A stretch of 63,523 nt of DNA, filler included, from Thraustochytrium aureum (Eukaryota), in the NCBI GenBank assembly GCA_012862495.1. It is 5 parts of 3 records of this genome, joined end to end, with 100 filler letters (N's around TTAATTAATTAA, not from the genome) between each part and the next. Parts side by side here need not be neighbours in the genome. Positions count along the whole stretch, not along the records: positions 1 to 20,077 come from BLSG01000131.1; positions 20,178 to 34,288 come from BLSG01000132.1; 3 more parts are not named here. One strand, written 5' to 3'. The position numbers and the translations under genes were made by a program. The first letter of the stretch is position 1, and each line of letters starts with the position of its first letter. Shown one piece after another: positions 11,668 to 23,872 of this stretch. The notes under the pieces were generated by a model. The model was not told the DNA's origin. It saw only the letters and a list, made by a program, of their open reading frames with translations, and searched no databases.

Positions 11668-14600
11668 GCGGTTTGCTCCCTGCCCGCCTTGCCGAGAAGC
11701 TAGGCGCAGCGCTGAACCAGCCGAATAGCAAGGCGGCCCGGGCCATGTTTTGCAAGCAGCTCGACGAAAAGGCGCTGCAAAGGCTGATCGGCGCAGAGCT
11801 CAAGCGCGCCAAGCTCACCAAGGGAGACGCGGCTGTCCTGGCAGCAAGCCTCGGCGTGCTTGGCGATGGCGTCGTGAGCGGTAGCTACGCGTGCTACGTG
11901 ACTGTCTGCAGAGACCTTGAGCCCGGCTCGCTTGAGATTGCTGACGCATTAAATCGTGTGAGAGCGCAAGTGCACCATGCGGTGGCCAAGTCGACCGGCG
12001 CAAGCTCTGACACAAGCGGAAGCGGCGAAGAGAGCGAATCGACGAAGGACCTGGCCCACGGTCTACGGAAAGCCCTCGCTGCGCTGGACCCGAGCAAGAC
12101 GGGCATCGTATCCGTCAAGGAAGCAAAGAGCGCTCTCGTCTCGTCGATTCCGAAGGCGTCCAAGGGAGACATCGAGACGATAGTAAAAGCAAGCTGCTTC
12201 GGGCCGAGCGGAGGCGATGCTGCGGATGCCGAGGGCGGCGAGGCGCAGCGCAAACGGCGCATCTCATTCTTCAAGTCCCAAGCGGCAACGCTAGCGACAA
12301 GGTTAGCTACTGGAAACTTGCATGTGCCCTCGCCGTGCCCCCGGTCACCGCAGAGACGGCCGTGGACGCTATCCAGGCCGCGCTCATATTTGACAACCAA
12401 GCCAAGTCTCAGATCGCCCAAAGGGTTGCAGCGCTTGGCAGCAAGGCCGCTCTGGAGGACCTAGTCGAGCTTTGCCTCGACGAGATTGGACTCCCGTGGA
12501 CCGTTGAGGAGCTGGTCCGAGCCGCAGCCGCCGCTGGAGAGCGCAAAGGAGCGGCTGCGGCTGCGGCTGCTACTGCATCCAAAAGCAGCGGGAAGCCCAT
12601 TGTGAATGCCAAGGCGCTCGGCGCGTGGCTCAAGGGGGACGGGTTTCCGTGCGGTCCGGGCAAGGCCAAAGCCGCTGCGCAAGGTGCGCGCCAGGTAGCC
12701 GCTGCAATAGGGAGCGCCGCGATAAAGTCTGACAAAGCCTTCGCCCGCAAGATTGGCGCAGTCCGCACCAAAGTCAAACAAGGAGACGGTAGCGAGAGCG
12801 AGGCGGCCGAGGGCGACGAATCAAAGTCCGCTTCCAAAGACACGATTGACGAAGGGTCCGCAACTCGCCACGGCGTGGCCTCGGCGGCTAGGGCCGCCAA
12901 AAACCAGCCAGCGGCTGGGCAATCCGCTTGGTCCTTGACATGGTCGACCCGGAAAACACCAAGGAGGTTCCACTGCGAGCGCTCCGTGAGCTGTTGTTGA
13001 AAAGCTCTGGCAAGGCAAAACGGGGCAATCCAAGCAGCGGGAGCGGGAGCAGCGACAGCGAAGGCGCCTCCGACTCAGAGTCTGGCGAGAGCGCGACAGA
13101 CGAAGAGGCCAAAGGTGAAGACGATGGAGGGGAAGCCACGCCAAAAGTCCTTGTAAACCGCAGCACGTTGCTCAAGAGCGCCCGTCGCCACTTCAAAGCG
13201 AAGGGCGGTGCTGCGCTGGAGCAAAAGCTTGCTCGGGGACTCTCGAGCGCGAGCAACAAGTCTTCGAGAGGCAAAGAGGACGGGAGCGAGTCTGCGGACG
13301 ACAGTTCGGCCTCTGAGGCCAGCTCGCCTGACCTGCGAGCCATCGACGGCAAGAGCTTTGTAGCCTTTCTCTGCAGCAAGCTCGAGTCCAGCAAGCCGCA
13401 GGCGCAAGCTCTTGCAGCTTGTTTTGGCGTGCCTGGCGCAAAGAACAAGGTGCGCGGCGATCTCTTTCTCAAGTATTTGATGGAGCAAGGCGAGCCCCCT
13501 GTGCCAACCGGCAAAGACGCCTGTGGCGCTGCAGTTCGCAAGCTGCAGAGCTCTGTGGCCAAACTAGACGAGCTCGCCCGACAAGGAAACCATCACGGAC
13601 TTCTCGACGAGACGCAGCCTATCAAGGCTCGAGTGAGGGCAGTTTTGAAGGCAAAAGTGCCGAATCAGTCCTCGAAAGCTCACGTCGCTGAGGCGCTTAC
13701 TGCAGCTGGTGGGGATGCAGATGCGGTCGTTCAAGCGCTGGCGAAGCGATTCAAGATCAAGCCTCCGCCCGCCGTCCGCCTCGAGCTCGGCAAACTGGAC
13801 GCCGCAAGAAGCGGAGTCTGCGACTCGCGCAAGGCCATTGCGACCTTGTGCAAGCTTGCGCAGGTAAAGCTCGACAAAGCCGAGGTGGCCGCCATTGCAT
13901 CGCACTTTACATCCAAGAAAGGCGACGACTCGCTAATCGTTTACGGCGCCTTGGCGGATGTGGTCCAGCCGGGCTGCCAGCCCGCCGAGGTGAGCGCAAA
14001 GCTGGCTGCAGTGGCACGCGAGTGCGAGAAGGTTGGGATCAACTTTGGGCTCGGCGCCGCAAAGGGGAAGAAAGCGCTCGCGGAGGACAAGTTTTTGGAG
14101 ATGCTGGCCCGTGCTGGGGCGCCGCTGCTTCGACGAGAGATAGTCGGCGCTGCCCGAATGGGGGACAAGGACGTAACCGGAAGAATTGCTTTGGCGAAAG
14201 TCTTCAAGTCGCGCGGCGCGAGTCTCGCCAGAGGGTCAGATGCGGACGGCAGTGACGCCAACAGTTCAGGGAGCTCTGAGGTCGACGGCGCCAGCGAGAG
14301 CGACGAGGGCGCGAGCTCTGCCGGAAGTGAGAGCGACGTTTCGCAAAGCCAGGCAAAGAAGAAGGTGAAGCAGCACGAGAACAAGGCGAAGAAAAAGTCG
14401 GCTGGCGCCAACAAAGACGGCCAAGAGACGTCGCTCAAGACCAGATGGTTCAACAAGCTTCGCGGAAGCAAAGGCGGCGGCGCTGGCGAAGATGAAAGTG
14501 AGGCCTCTTCTTCGTCGGCAGAGAGCGAGCCAGGCGACAGCGAAGAGGAGGACGGGATGGGGTCCTGGGCTGGGGTCGTTGATCGAAAGCTCCGTAAATC

Positions 14601-17600
14601 CCTCTCAAAACAAGGCGCTGATGCGGCGGCCGCCACAGTCAAGCTCTTCGCCGTCCCTGACAAGGCCAGAGAAGGTTGCGTGTCGGCAAGCGAGTTTGCT
14701 CGCATCGTGGCGAAATCGCAAAAGCGGGGTTCGCTGCCGCAGATGTCGAAAGCTCAGGTCGATTGCTTGGCTGGTGTTTTGGCGGTTCGCAAGAAAGTGG
14801 ACTATGTCGCGTTTTGCGAGCTTTTAGTGCCTCCTTGGTCGGCTGCAGACCGCACGGTCGTGGACCAGCTCAGAACGGCCTTTGCGCAGACTGGGGCAAA
14901 TCGCGAGCGACTCGTGGCAAGCTTTGAAAAGGCGCTTGAAGGCGGCTCCGACCTGACCTCCGAGCCGTCCTTCCTTGGAGTGGTCAACAAGGAGTTGAAA
15001 GTAAAGATGGCCAAGGCGCAGCGCAAGCAGCTTGTTGAGAGGCTCTGTTCGACTGGCGGCCTTGTCGACTGGCGCAAGTTCGTCGAGATTCTTAGCCCCG
15101 GAGCGGGCCCAGAATCGTTGGCAGCGCTCAGCTACAAGCTCAAGGTGTGGTTTGCGCAGCTCGCGAAGGCCAAGGTCAAGCTGGCCTCCCTGCTGCGCAA
15201 GTGCGGCGTGGGGGCCGAGGGCGTCGCGAGCGATGAGCAGTTTGGACGCCTACTCGACGTTCTGGGTTTCCCGATAACAGAGGCGGAGCGGGCGCTCCTG
15301 GCCGCGTGCCTTCGAGAGGACTCTGGAGAAATCGACTGCGGCGCATTCAAATCGTTTGCGCGAGGTAAAGTCAACCTGCGAGCCCCGCAGAGCGCCGCTG
15401 GGGAAGATAGGAGCAGCGAGTCTGGCTCGGACACTGAGCCCAGCACTGCCAAAAAAGGAAAGGCGGCGAAGGGTTCGCGTGGTGCCGCGGAGGGATCCAG
15501 CGAAAGCGACGCTTCCAGTGACGATAGCTCGAGCCGCCCCTCGCGGCGCAATGCAAGTGGCCTTCGCTCGCACAGCAAGCCCAGAAAGTCGAAATCGGAC
15601 AGCGATGCTGCCGATTCCTCAGAAGGCAGTGGGAGCTCTGACGAGGGCTCAGCGTCGCAAAAAAGCTCAGATCGCGGCGGCCGCAGCCGCGGCAGCAATC
15701 GGAAAAGGGGAAAAGCTGGAGACAGCTCAAGCGGCGGCGACGACGACGACGACAAAGATGCGGCCGCGTCATCCTCTTCGTCGGTTGCTTCTGGCTCATC
15801 AGGCTCGGTCACGTCCAAGGCCAGCAGTGAGAGCGCAAATGACAGCGACGGCACAGGCGCTATGGCAAGCTCAGGATGGAGTTCCGGGTCCAGTGGTGCC
15901 ACTGGCCGCCGGCACCGATCGAAAGCCGCAAGAGGCAGCAAGCGTTCCAAGGACGGTAAAAGCGGGCGTGGGCGCCACGGCACGCTCAAGCTGGACGACG
16001 ACGACGAGTACTTGTACAACCTTGAGAAGTGCCTGAAGCGCGCCTTTGATCTGATTGACGTGGATCGAAATGGGCTCATCGACGGGTCTGAGCTTGCCAG
16101 GGTCATGCTGGCATTGAACCGCGAGTGCACCTCGAGCGAGATCCAAGCCGCAATGAAGCGCGGGGATGCCGACGCAGACGGGGCGCTGTCCCGCAAAGAG
16201 TTTGTCAAGCTTTTATGCAGAGTCATCCAGCGGCAGAAGGGCAAGCTATTTCCCCAGCGAGAAGCGGAAATCCGTGCGTCCTTCGCTCGGCTCGACGTGA
16301 ACGGAGACGGGACCGTTTCCCGCGTCGAGTTTGAAGCAGCGCTGAAGCGTTTGGTGGGCAAGCGGCTGAAGCGCTCGCAAGTGAGCGCGCTTCTTCGCGT
16401 GGCAGACACGGACAAGGATGGGGCCATCTCGTACGAAGAGTTTGTCTCGCTCGTGCGCAAGGTGGCGCGGTCGAACAGGCACGCGTTGCGCGCTGGCGTC
16501 GCCGACCACAAGACGCTCGCGCTGCTGCACAAAGTGATTCGGGGCCCTGTGCCGGACCCGAGCAGCTACTTGCGAGCCTTTGCGCGCATGCCCAAGCACT
16601 TTCGTCCCGGCATGCTCCAGGGAATCGAAGCCGCGAGCGGCGGGCAGCACTCGCTCGAAGCCACTTTGGTGATGCCTGTGTCGCACGACGTCGGAACGGT
16701 GGGCGGAACTGGCTCCAAGCGCCGCTTGGAGGAGCTGCAGGCAGACGACCCGGCTGTGACCTTCCAGGTCCAGCTCCGCTCTGCACGGGGAATCCCGGTC
16801 ATCGCTGACGAAAGCGCTGCAGCGGGCGTAATCGTGCGCCGAGCGCGCGTGTGTCTGTGGCAGCGGCCGGATGTAGAAAACGACGAGGCCCTGCCTGGCC
16901 GGAGTGGGCAAGTCGGCGAGGATGATTCCTCTTCAGACGGCGATTCTTCCGCTTCAGAAGGCCGAGAGGCGCAGGGGGGGGGCGCGCAACCCGTAGCTGC
17001 GGAGCCGTTTGTTGGGAACGCTTACGCCGTGGAGGCCGCCTGGGACAAGGCGGAAGAAGACGTGTGGCGCTTTGGGAGTGCGTCGGGCCGCGGCGACGCC
17101 GGCGGATCCAAGGCACTCTCTGCCTTTGTGGTCCGCGTTGCCGAGCGCACGCGCGAGCAGTGCATGTCCCGCGGGTCGCACTTGTGCCTCCTCGTTGAGC
17201 TTGCGATGTTAATCCAGCCGAACCGCAAGGACAAGAGCGCCGCTCCGATCGAAATGGCGTGCGGGTGGTGCGCTATCGAGCTGGACGCCCTTGAGCAGGC
17301 TCGGCGAGACGGGCGGGATATCAAAGCAGACGTTCTGGGAGGTTCCCCGAGCATGCCAGCCGACATACTCGTCGGCGACATTCGCGCGCGAAGGCAAGGG
17401 TGGCGGGCGCTGCGGCGCTCGCTGGGGATCGAGCACGGTCAAGCCAGTGCTTCGGATCCGCTGCCAGGGCGTCGACAAGGCGAGCAGGGCGTTTACGCGG
17501 GCGCTTAGCGTGCTCCCGAGCACGATAATCACCTCTCACGCTTCGCTTCCGCTGATCACGGTCTACCACGAGCTGCAAAGCAGCGCGTCGGAAGCTGCGG

Positions 17601-18181
17601 CTGGACGTGGGCCGGCCGGCGCAGGCCGTGTGTCTGGTGATGCAGTGAGCTGTTTGCCGGCCCTCCGGGTTTTCCCGCGGATTCTTCAGGACCCAGACCT
17701 CCTTGGGCAGCTGGCTAAGCGGTGGAGCGCGTTGGGCGGCCAGGGGATTCGCGACTTGACGAAGCGCACGGCGGCCTTCTCCAAGCTGGTTCTGGAGTTT
17801 TTGGCCGCTGCTGTGCTCGGTGGACCGGAATGCCGAGTCACTTGCAGCAACCAGCTCGCTGAGCAGTACTGTGGGGACAACGGCGTCGCCAACGCGCGTC
17901 GCCTCCGAAAAGAGGGCGTGGCATCGACGGACATGTTTTTCTTTTCCTCGCCAGACTCGCCTCAGTCGCGTTGGAAAGACCGCGACGGGGGGCGGCTGGA
18001 GACCCCGTCAGGCGGGACTGCAAGTCGGCTGCGCCGCCCCTCGTGGGGAGCAACGCGGGAGACTGCCCGCAATGCGGGGAACGACAAGGACGGCAAGGCT
18101 GGCGAAGCCTCGGGCAAGCGCGGCGGCGGAGCAGGGTCTCTGTTGTTCAGGCCGTTCAATATCAACGAGACTGTGATTTGA
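11668..18181 (+). CDS. NPHP1: Very large multi-EF-hand protein with C-terminal nephrocystin-1 (NPHP1)-like domain; 5' end in gap
   Basis: Four canonical EF loops (DVDRNGLIDGSE, DADADGALSRKE, DVNGDGTVSRVE, DTDKDGAISYEE). C-terminal MPKHFRPG...IP...RRARVCLW...GNAYAVEAAW...VWRF...LLVEL...EMACGW...GGSP...LPSTII...FPRILQDPDLL...W...FRPFNINE follows the NPHP1 C-terminal motif order. Frame breaks near 12300, 12920 and 17425. Confidence 0.7.
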
Positions 18182-18246
18182 CCCGGCTTCGTTTGACGCG
18201 CGAGGAACTGGGTGCCCGAGGAGAAGGTGCGTGCGCGGTCTTGCGC

Positions 18247-18440
18247 AAGAAGCGCAGCTGCGCGCCGAAGCTGGTAGCAAAGCAGGCGGTCTGGGATGGC
18301 TCTAGAGGTAGTTGCCCGGCCAGGAGATGCACGGCGATGCGAGAAGAAGCGCAGCTGCGCGCCGAAGCTGGTAGCAAAGCAGGCGGTCTGGGATGGCTAG
18401 GTAGTTGCCCGGCCAGGAGATGCACGGCGATGCGAGAAGA
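18247..18440. repeat. Two-copy ~97-bp tandem duplication in the intergenic region between convergent genes
   Basis: AAGAAGCGCAGCTGCGCGCCGAAGCTGGTAGC...CACGGCGATGCGAG occurs twice back to back; the copies differ by a 4-nt indel (GGCTCTAGAGG vs GGCTAGG). Confidence 0.9.
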
Positions 18441-18492
18441 GAGAGAAAAAGGTACATCACAAACTGTGTTCATTCACTGGCCCCCGCCCCCC

Positions 18493-20013
18493 TTACGAAA
18501 TCGTGCACTGCCAGTCGTCATCGGCGGCGGACGGCCACTTCGCCTGGTTGGCAAAGTCGGACCAGTTGGCGTCCCACCAAGTGCGCTCCTCCTCGTCCTC
18601 CGGAGGCGGCACCGACACGATGCGGAAGGTCACCGTCTTGGCGCGCATGCGAGAAAAGGCGTTGTCGAACTTGATGAGCAGCTTGCCGATCATCGGGATG
18701 CGCCACGTGCCCTTGACAAGGCCGTCCTTGGCCTCGAGGCGAAGCGGCGCCATCTGCGGGTTGAGGCTGATTCGCTTGGCGCTGGGGGGCTCGCCCACGA
18801 GGCTCTGGTCCGCGGCTGCCGTTGCGGCCCTGGGCGCCCACCTACGCGTGCGGCCGCGGCGCTTTGCCTTTTTCTTCTTGTCGCGGCGGTGGTGCTCCAC
18901 TTTGATCTTGTCCTCCTTGTCGGGTTCCGTCTCGGAGATATTGGACACATTTGACATGGTCTGCGAGAGCTGCGCCACCTCCTGGGCAGCCGCTGTCGCG
19001 GCCGCGAGTTCTTCGCCGCGAAGGGGAACCACCTCTGCGGTCATGTAGACGTGATAACTGTCCACCATGACCTCGAACTCGACCATCGTGTCGCGGTGTT
19101 CGATTGGCAGCTCGAGGAGCGCGTAGCTCCGGCGCTGGATCTTGATCGAGTCAAAGGGCAGCTCGCCCTCGCGCTGCTCGGGGGGCTGCAGCTCGCGCGG
19201 TGTGGGCGCCTTGCCCCCGAGAAAGGCGGGGACTGCGGACTCGCCCGAGAAACGGCTCATGAACGGGCATTGGCTGGCGGACTGCGTGTCGGTCTTCTTT
19301 GCAGGGCACATGACCATCTTTTCCATGGAGGATTTCGGCATAACCGCTGACAAGGCCTTGTGGACCATGTTGTAGTACGAGGGCGTGTTTATGGCGACGG
19401 TCTTGACCTGGAGCTGCGGAAAGTAGATCGAGCTGGACTTGCTGCTTGCCCCCAGCGCGGTGAAGAACCGGTTGTCAAACTTGCCGCCGAACATGGTGAA
19501 ACCAGCGCAGTCGATCACGGTGATTGACTTTACGAGGCGACCGCGCTTGCGCGACTCGTCGTCGCAGATGCGGAATGCGCGCTCCTTCTCGTACAGCAGG
19601 TAGTCGGCGACCTCTTCGACTCCGTACGTGTTCATCAGCGTGCGACAGTCGCTCATGCCCATGCGGACCACCGAGATGGGCTCCCCGCCGCCCAGCGATC
19701 CAGTGTGTCCTGAGAACAGGAAGCGCGAGATCTCCTTCTCCATGGGGTGCCGCTCCCCTGCCGCGAGCCGCTTCAGGAGCTCTCGATTCTGGGCCCTCCA
19801 AGCGAGCGTTGCCCGCACCTTTTCCGCCGCAGTGGCAACGCTCTTCTTGTTGCTCAGCACGTACCTAAGCAGAAACACATCATCCACTATCACGCCGTCC
19901 TCGGTCACGTCGCCCTTGGGCCAAACATCCTTCACCCTGTCCCTCACTTCCTGCACGCTCTCCGCGTTCTCCTTGAGCAGCGCGTCGAGCCCTTTCGGGC
20001 TCAAGGCGTCCAT
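18493..20013 (-). CDS. Sec14/CRAL-TRIO lipid-binding protein with C-terminal GOLD-like domain
   Basis: DDVFLLRYVLSNK...ATLAWR (CRAL-TRIO N), SITVIDCAGF, YFPQLQ...INTP, VPAFLGG; GOLD-like GKLLIKFDNAFSRMRAKTVTFRI. Intact 506-aa ORF. Confidence 0.88.
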   Translation of the reverse strand: MDALSPKGLDALLKENAESVQEVRDRVKDVWPKGDVTEDGVIVDDVFLLRYVLSNKKSVATAAEKVRATLAWRAQNRELLKRLAAGERHPMEKEISRFLFSGHTGSLGGGEPISVVRMGMSDCRTLMNTYGVEEVADYLLYEKERAFRICDDESRKRGRLVKSITVIDCAGFTMFGGKFDNRFFTALGASSKSSSIYFPQLQVKTVAINTPSYYNMVHKALSAVMPKSSMEKMVMCPAKKTDTQSASQCPFMSRFSGESAVPAFLGGKAPTPRELQPPEQREGELPFDSIKIQRRSYALLELPIEHRDTMVEFEVMVDSYHVYMTAEVVPLRGEELAAATAAAQEVAQLSQTMSNVSNISETEPDKEDKIKVEHHRRDKKKKAKRRGRTRRWAPRAATAAADQSLVGEPPSAKRISLNPQMAPLRLEAKDGLVKGTWRIPMIGKLLIKFDNAFSRMRAKTVTFRIVSVPPPEDEEERTWWDANWSDFANQAKWPSAADDDWQCTIS

Positions 20014-20121
20014 CTCTGACCCGCAGCGCGTGCGCGCCTTGCTTTGCTTTCCTTCGCGCGCTCGTTGCGTTATCGCTNNNNNNNNNNNNNNNNNNNNNNN
20101 NNNNNNNNNNNNNNNNNNNNN

Positions 20122-20133
20122 TTAATTAATTAA
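20122..20133. other. Artificial scaffold-joining spacer TTAATTAATTAA flanked by N runs
   Basis: Identical 12-mer with stops in all six frames, embedded in ~44-N flanks; occurs 4 times in the window. Confidence 0.95.
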
Positions 20134-20177
20134 NNNNNNNNNNNNNNNNNNNNNNNNNNNNNNNNNNNNNNNNNNNN

Positions 20178-20832
20178 CGAACTTTTTGAAGAAGTCGGGC
20201 TCGACGTCAGAATCGCTGCTGTCGTCAGAATCGGACGAGTCCGAGTCGCTCTTGCCTGCCCGCTTCGTGGCCTTCTTTTCGGCTTTGGCGCGCTTCTTCT
20301 CGTCCTTTTTGACCTTCTTGGCATCCTTCTTGGCTTCCTTTTTGTCCGCTTTGTCTGCCTTGGCGGCGGAGAGTGGGTCGGTGCTTCCGGACTTGACAAA
20401 GTCCTTGAACGACATTTTGTTCACAGGGCCCGAAGCCCCAGAGGCGTCGGCGTCGCGCTTGGCCTTGCGCATGTCTTCCAGGTTCTCCGCCGAGATCCGT
20501 GTGAGCTTGTGGAACGGGGTGTGGTCCACGTGCAGATCGTACACGTATCCCTCAAAGTTGTCCTTGATCGACACGCGCAGCAGGTGGCCGCCCACGGCAA
20601 ACTCGTGGTGAAAGTCCCCGTTGAGCATCTTTTTGCGGTGGTACACGAGCTGCCCGTTCAGCTTGATTTCGCGTTTCCCGAACACCAGGCTGTGCTTGAG
20701 CTCCACCTCGCGCGTCAGCAAGTCCGGGAGGCTCGCAAACTTCCATGTTACCTTGACCTTGGACCCCTTGACGCGCTTGCCCACGTATTCCTTCTCCACA
20801 TAGAACCCGAACACGTTGCTGGGGTCGCCCAT
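20178..20832 (-). CDS. FAIM-like beta-sandwich domain protein with Lys/Asp/Ser-rich tail; 3' end truncated at scaffold end
   Basis: VTWKF...EVELKHSLVFGKREIKLNG...F...YVYDLHVDHTPF parallels the FAIM pattern VAVWDV...IEFEHGTTSGKRVVYVDG...YEYTLEINGKS. Confidence 0.55.
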
Positions 20833-21380
20833 CGCGTGCGTCTCCCGCGCCGCCCAGCCTCGTGTCGAGGCTCGCGAGGCTCGCGCAGCCTGCCTCCCTC
20901 AGGCAGGGAAGGGAGCCCAGCACGGCGCGACCCGCGACTCGCCGCGCCCGACCCTGCGCTTCCCGCTCGAGGCGTCGGTTGCTCGCAGCGTGCGCCGCAC
21001 GGCTCCAACTCTGCTTGCGGCCGGCCGCGCTTCTTGGAGCAAAAGGAGTCCTGGCGGTCGTTGGCACGCAGCTCGCAGTAGCTCATCACGTCGTACAACG
21101 AGCTGTTCTCCCTTGAGAGGAGAGGAGAGCCCCTTCCTGCTCCTGCACGGCCTCCTCAAGAGTCCGCAGCTGTTGGGGGCACTGGTCTCTTTCCCCTCTC
21201 TCCCCGCCTTTCGTCCCTTGTGTTTGCACGCTGTATTTACTCAATAGTCATGTGACTGTGTGGAGGACGTAAACTCTTGCCTCTCAATCCACCCAGAGGA
21301 GAAGATACGCCGATGGGATTCGAGTGGGGAGCGGCAGAAGCGCCTCTGGACCAATCTGGACTCTTGGACGGTTTTGGTAA

Positions 21381-21453
21381 CGTTATTTGTTTGGTGTTTG
21401 GTGTTTTTTGTCGTTGTTTTTTGGTGTTTTTTTGGTGTTTTTGGTGTTTTCTT
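21381..21453. repeat. Low-complexity (TTTTTGGTG)-like tract in divergent intergenic region
   Basis: GTTTGGTGTTTGGTGTTTTTTGTCGTTGTTTTTTGGTGTTTTTTTGGTGTTTTTGGTGTTTTC. Confidence 0.8.
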
Positions 21454-21847
21454 GAGGGTAGAGGCCACTGGGATGCTGCGGATTGGAACGTGGAAGGGAG
21501 CCGGCCAGCCTCGGCCCAGCAAGCAAGGGAGGCGAAGACACGATGATGGCGCGGAGCAGCGGGCGGTGAGCAGTGCAGACGGAGGCCGGCGCCGCTTCGG
21601 AGAAGGCGCGCTTGCGCAAGTTGGTACCGGCTGCGAGGATCCGCCGAGACCGGCCTGCTCGGCGCGGAAAGAACGCCACACGCCGCTGCGCTGACGCGCG
21701 CCGTGCTGCGACGCGTGAAAACGAGACGGAGCGGGGCACCCTTCCTTGCTGCCGCTGCGGGCGGCTGGGTGGCGAGCGGCCGCCTGAGCCCGCCGGGCGT
21801 CCAGGGGCCGCGACCCACCGCTCCGCGGAGACCAGCGGCGCGAGGCG

Positions 21848-23589
21848 ATGATGGAGTACGAGGACGTTCCGCTCGGCGTCAAGCTCGAAGGGCTCCGCGC
21901 GCGCATCGGATCCAACGGGTCCGTGAAGCGACGGCAGCGCATGACCAGCAATGCCTCGTTCACCAACGTGGCGCTTGGCGACGCCGATCTCGACCTGGAC
22001 CACGGCGAGCCCGCTGAGCACCCAATCAACGTCGAAGAGACCAAGCAAGGCCTCAACACCTGGCGGCTCGCTGCGCTGACGTTTTTCACGGTCACGGTGG
22101 GCCCTACGGCCTCGAACCGCTTGTGGCCACGATCGGCCCGTTCTACTCGATCATCGGCATCCTGGTCGTCCCATGGGTCTGGGGACTCCCAAGCGCCCTG
22201 ATGACAGCTGAGCTGGCCTCCGCGCTGCCCGAAATGGGCGGCTACATCGTCTGGGTGCAGCGCACGATGGGCGACTTTTGGGCGTTCCAAAACGCGGTCT
22301 GGAACATCTTCAGCAACTGCCTCGACAACGCCCTGTACCCGGTCATGTTTACCGACTACATTGAGGAAATGGTGGGGCACGAGTTCAGCTACTTTACGCG
22401 CTCGGCAATCGGTATTTCGATGGTCGCGCTCCTGGGCCTCGTCAACGTGATCGGGGTCGATGTCGTTGGTGACGGCGCCGGCGTCTTTGGCATCTTTGTG
22501 ATCCTCCCTTTTATCGTCCTCGTAGTTGTCGGCCTCGCCTCGCCCGACCTCGACCCGAGTACCTGGAGCGAGACCATCCCCGACCCACAGTACGGCCTCT
22601 TCGTGTCCATGATACTCTGGAACACGTGCGGATACGACTCGGCCGGGACGTGCGCGGCCGAGGTGGAAAACCCCGGCAAGATCTACCCGCGCGCCATGCT
22701 CATCACCATCGTGACGACCACGCTGCTGTACGTGCTGCCGATCATGGTCGGCGTTTCCGTCGCGACCAAGTACGAGCTCTGGGACGACGGCTATTTTGTC
22801 GAAATCGGCGAGCGTGTCGGCGGATACTGGCTCAAGCTCTTCGTGCTCGTGGCGGGCTGCGTCTCTGCGCTGGGGCTGCTAAACTCTACCATGTGCACCA
22901 GCTCCCGCGCGCTTGCCTGCATGGCTGGGTTTGGCTATGTGCCCAACCGGCTGGCCCGCATCCACCCAAAGTACGGCACGCCAGTGGTTGCCATTTTTGT
23001 CAACTCGACGGCGATCATGGTCATGGTGCTCTCCGGGCTCGACTTTGAGGCCATCGCGCAGCTCTCCATGTGGCTCTACGCCCTCACATTGTTTTTCGAG
23101 TTTGTCGCACTCATTCTCCTGCGCCAGAACGAGCCCGAGCTCGTGCGTCCGTACAAGATACCTGGCGGCATGTGCGGGCTGTACTTGCTGTCTATCCCGC
23201 CTACGTTGTGCTGCGTCGCCTTGATGGTTCTCTCGGAGACACGCACATGGGTGATATGCGGCGCCATTTGCGTGTTTGGCCTCGCCATGCTCGTCCCGTA
23301 CTACAAGACTTCGGGCAAGCCGGTTATCCTGCCAACGCCGCTTGCCTTCCTGGTCCGCGTCGTGTGCTGCTACAACTTTGTGGCCCCGAAGAAGATGGCG
23401 CAGGGCGCGCGTGTCGCGGACGACGGGTCGGTCACCTGCGACGCGGACGCGGTGGATCTTCCGGACACCGTGACAAAGAATGAGCCCGCTGTCGTGCTGA
23501 GCCAGTGGTCGACTAGCTTCACGGAGGACTCTGACGCGGAGGACGACAGCCCCGGGTTTGCCAAGGCGGATTCCTTGCAGCGGATATAG
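21848..23589 (+). CDS. APC-superfamily amino acid/polyamine permease (plant PUT/LAT-like)
   Basis: About 12 hydrophobic segments; LTFFTV..G(G)PYG.E (frameshift ~22100), ALMTAELASALPEMGGYIVWV, LDNALYPVMF, WNTCGYDSAGTCAAEVENP, LRQNEPELVRPYKIP. Confidence 0.9.
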
Positions 23590-23872
23590 AAATGCCCGCT
23601 CCAGCTGGAGCATGGCGTTGTGGCGCGTCGCCATAGTCTGGGCGTTCCGCGGCCAGCGTTGACTGCCTCTGGACTCGCAAGCCCGCCGAGTTGTCGATTT
23701 GAACAAGCGTTCACCTGGTGCTGAATTAGATAGATTTGTCTCTAGAGAGCGCTCTGCTTTGCCAACCGTTCGCAGCGCGCGCGTGCCCCTCGCCGCCCTT
23801 TTCGCCCCCCCTCCCCCACAGCCAGTTTAAAGCGCCACGTGCTTCGCGAGAGACCGAGCGCGACACTTACGG

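Noticed and set aside
15132..16532. Long antisense or alternative-frame ORFs (also 37505-40240, 33032-34240, 58993-60216 and others)
   Set aside because: These are shadows of real genes caused by high GC and few stop codons, or by N runs. They have no motifs.
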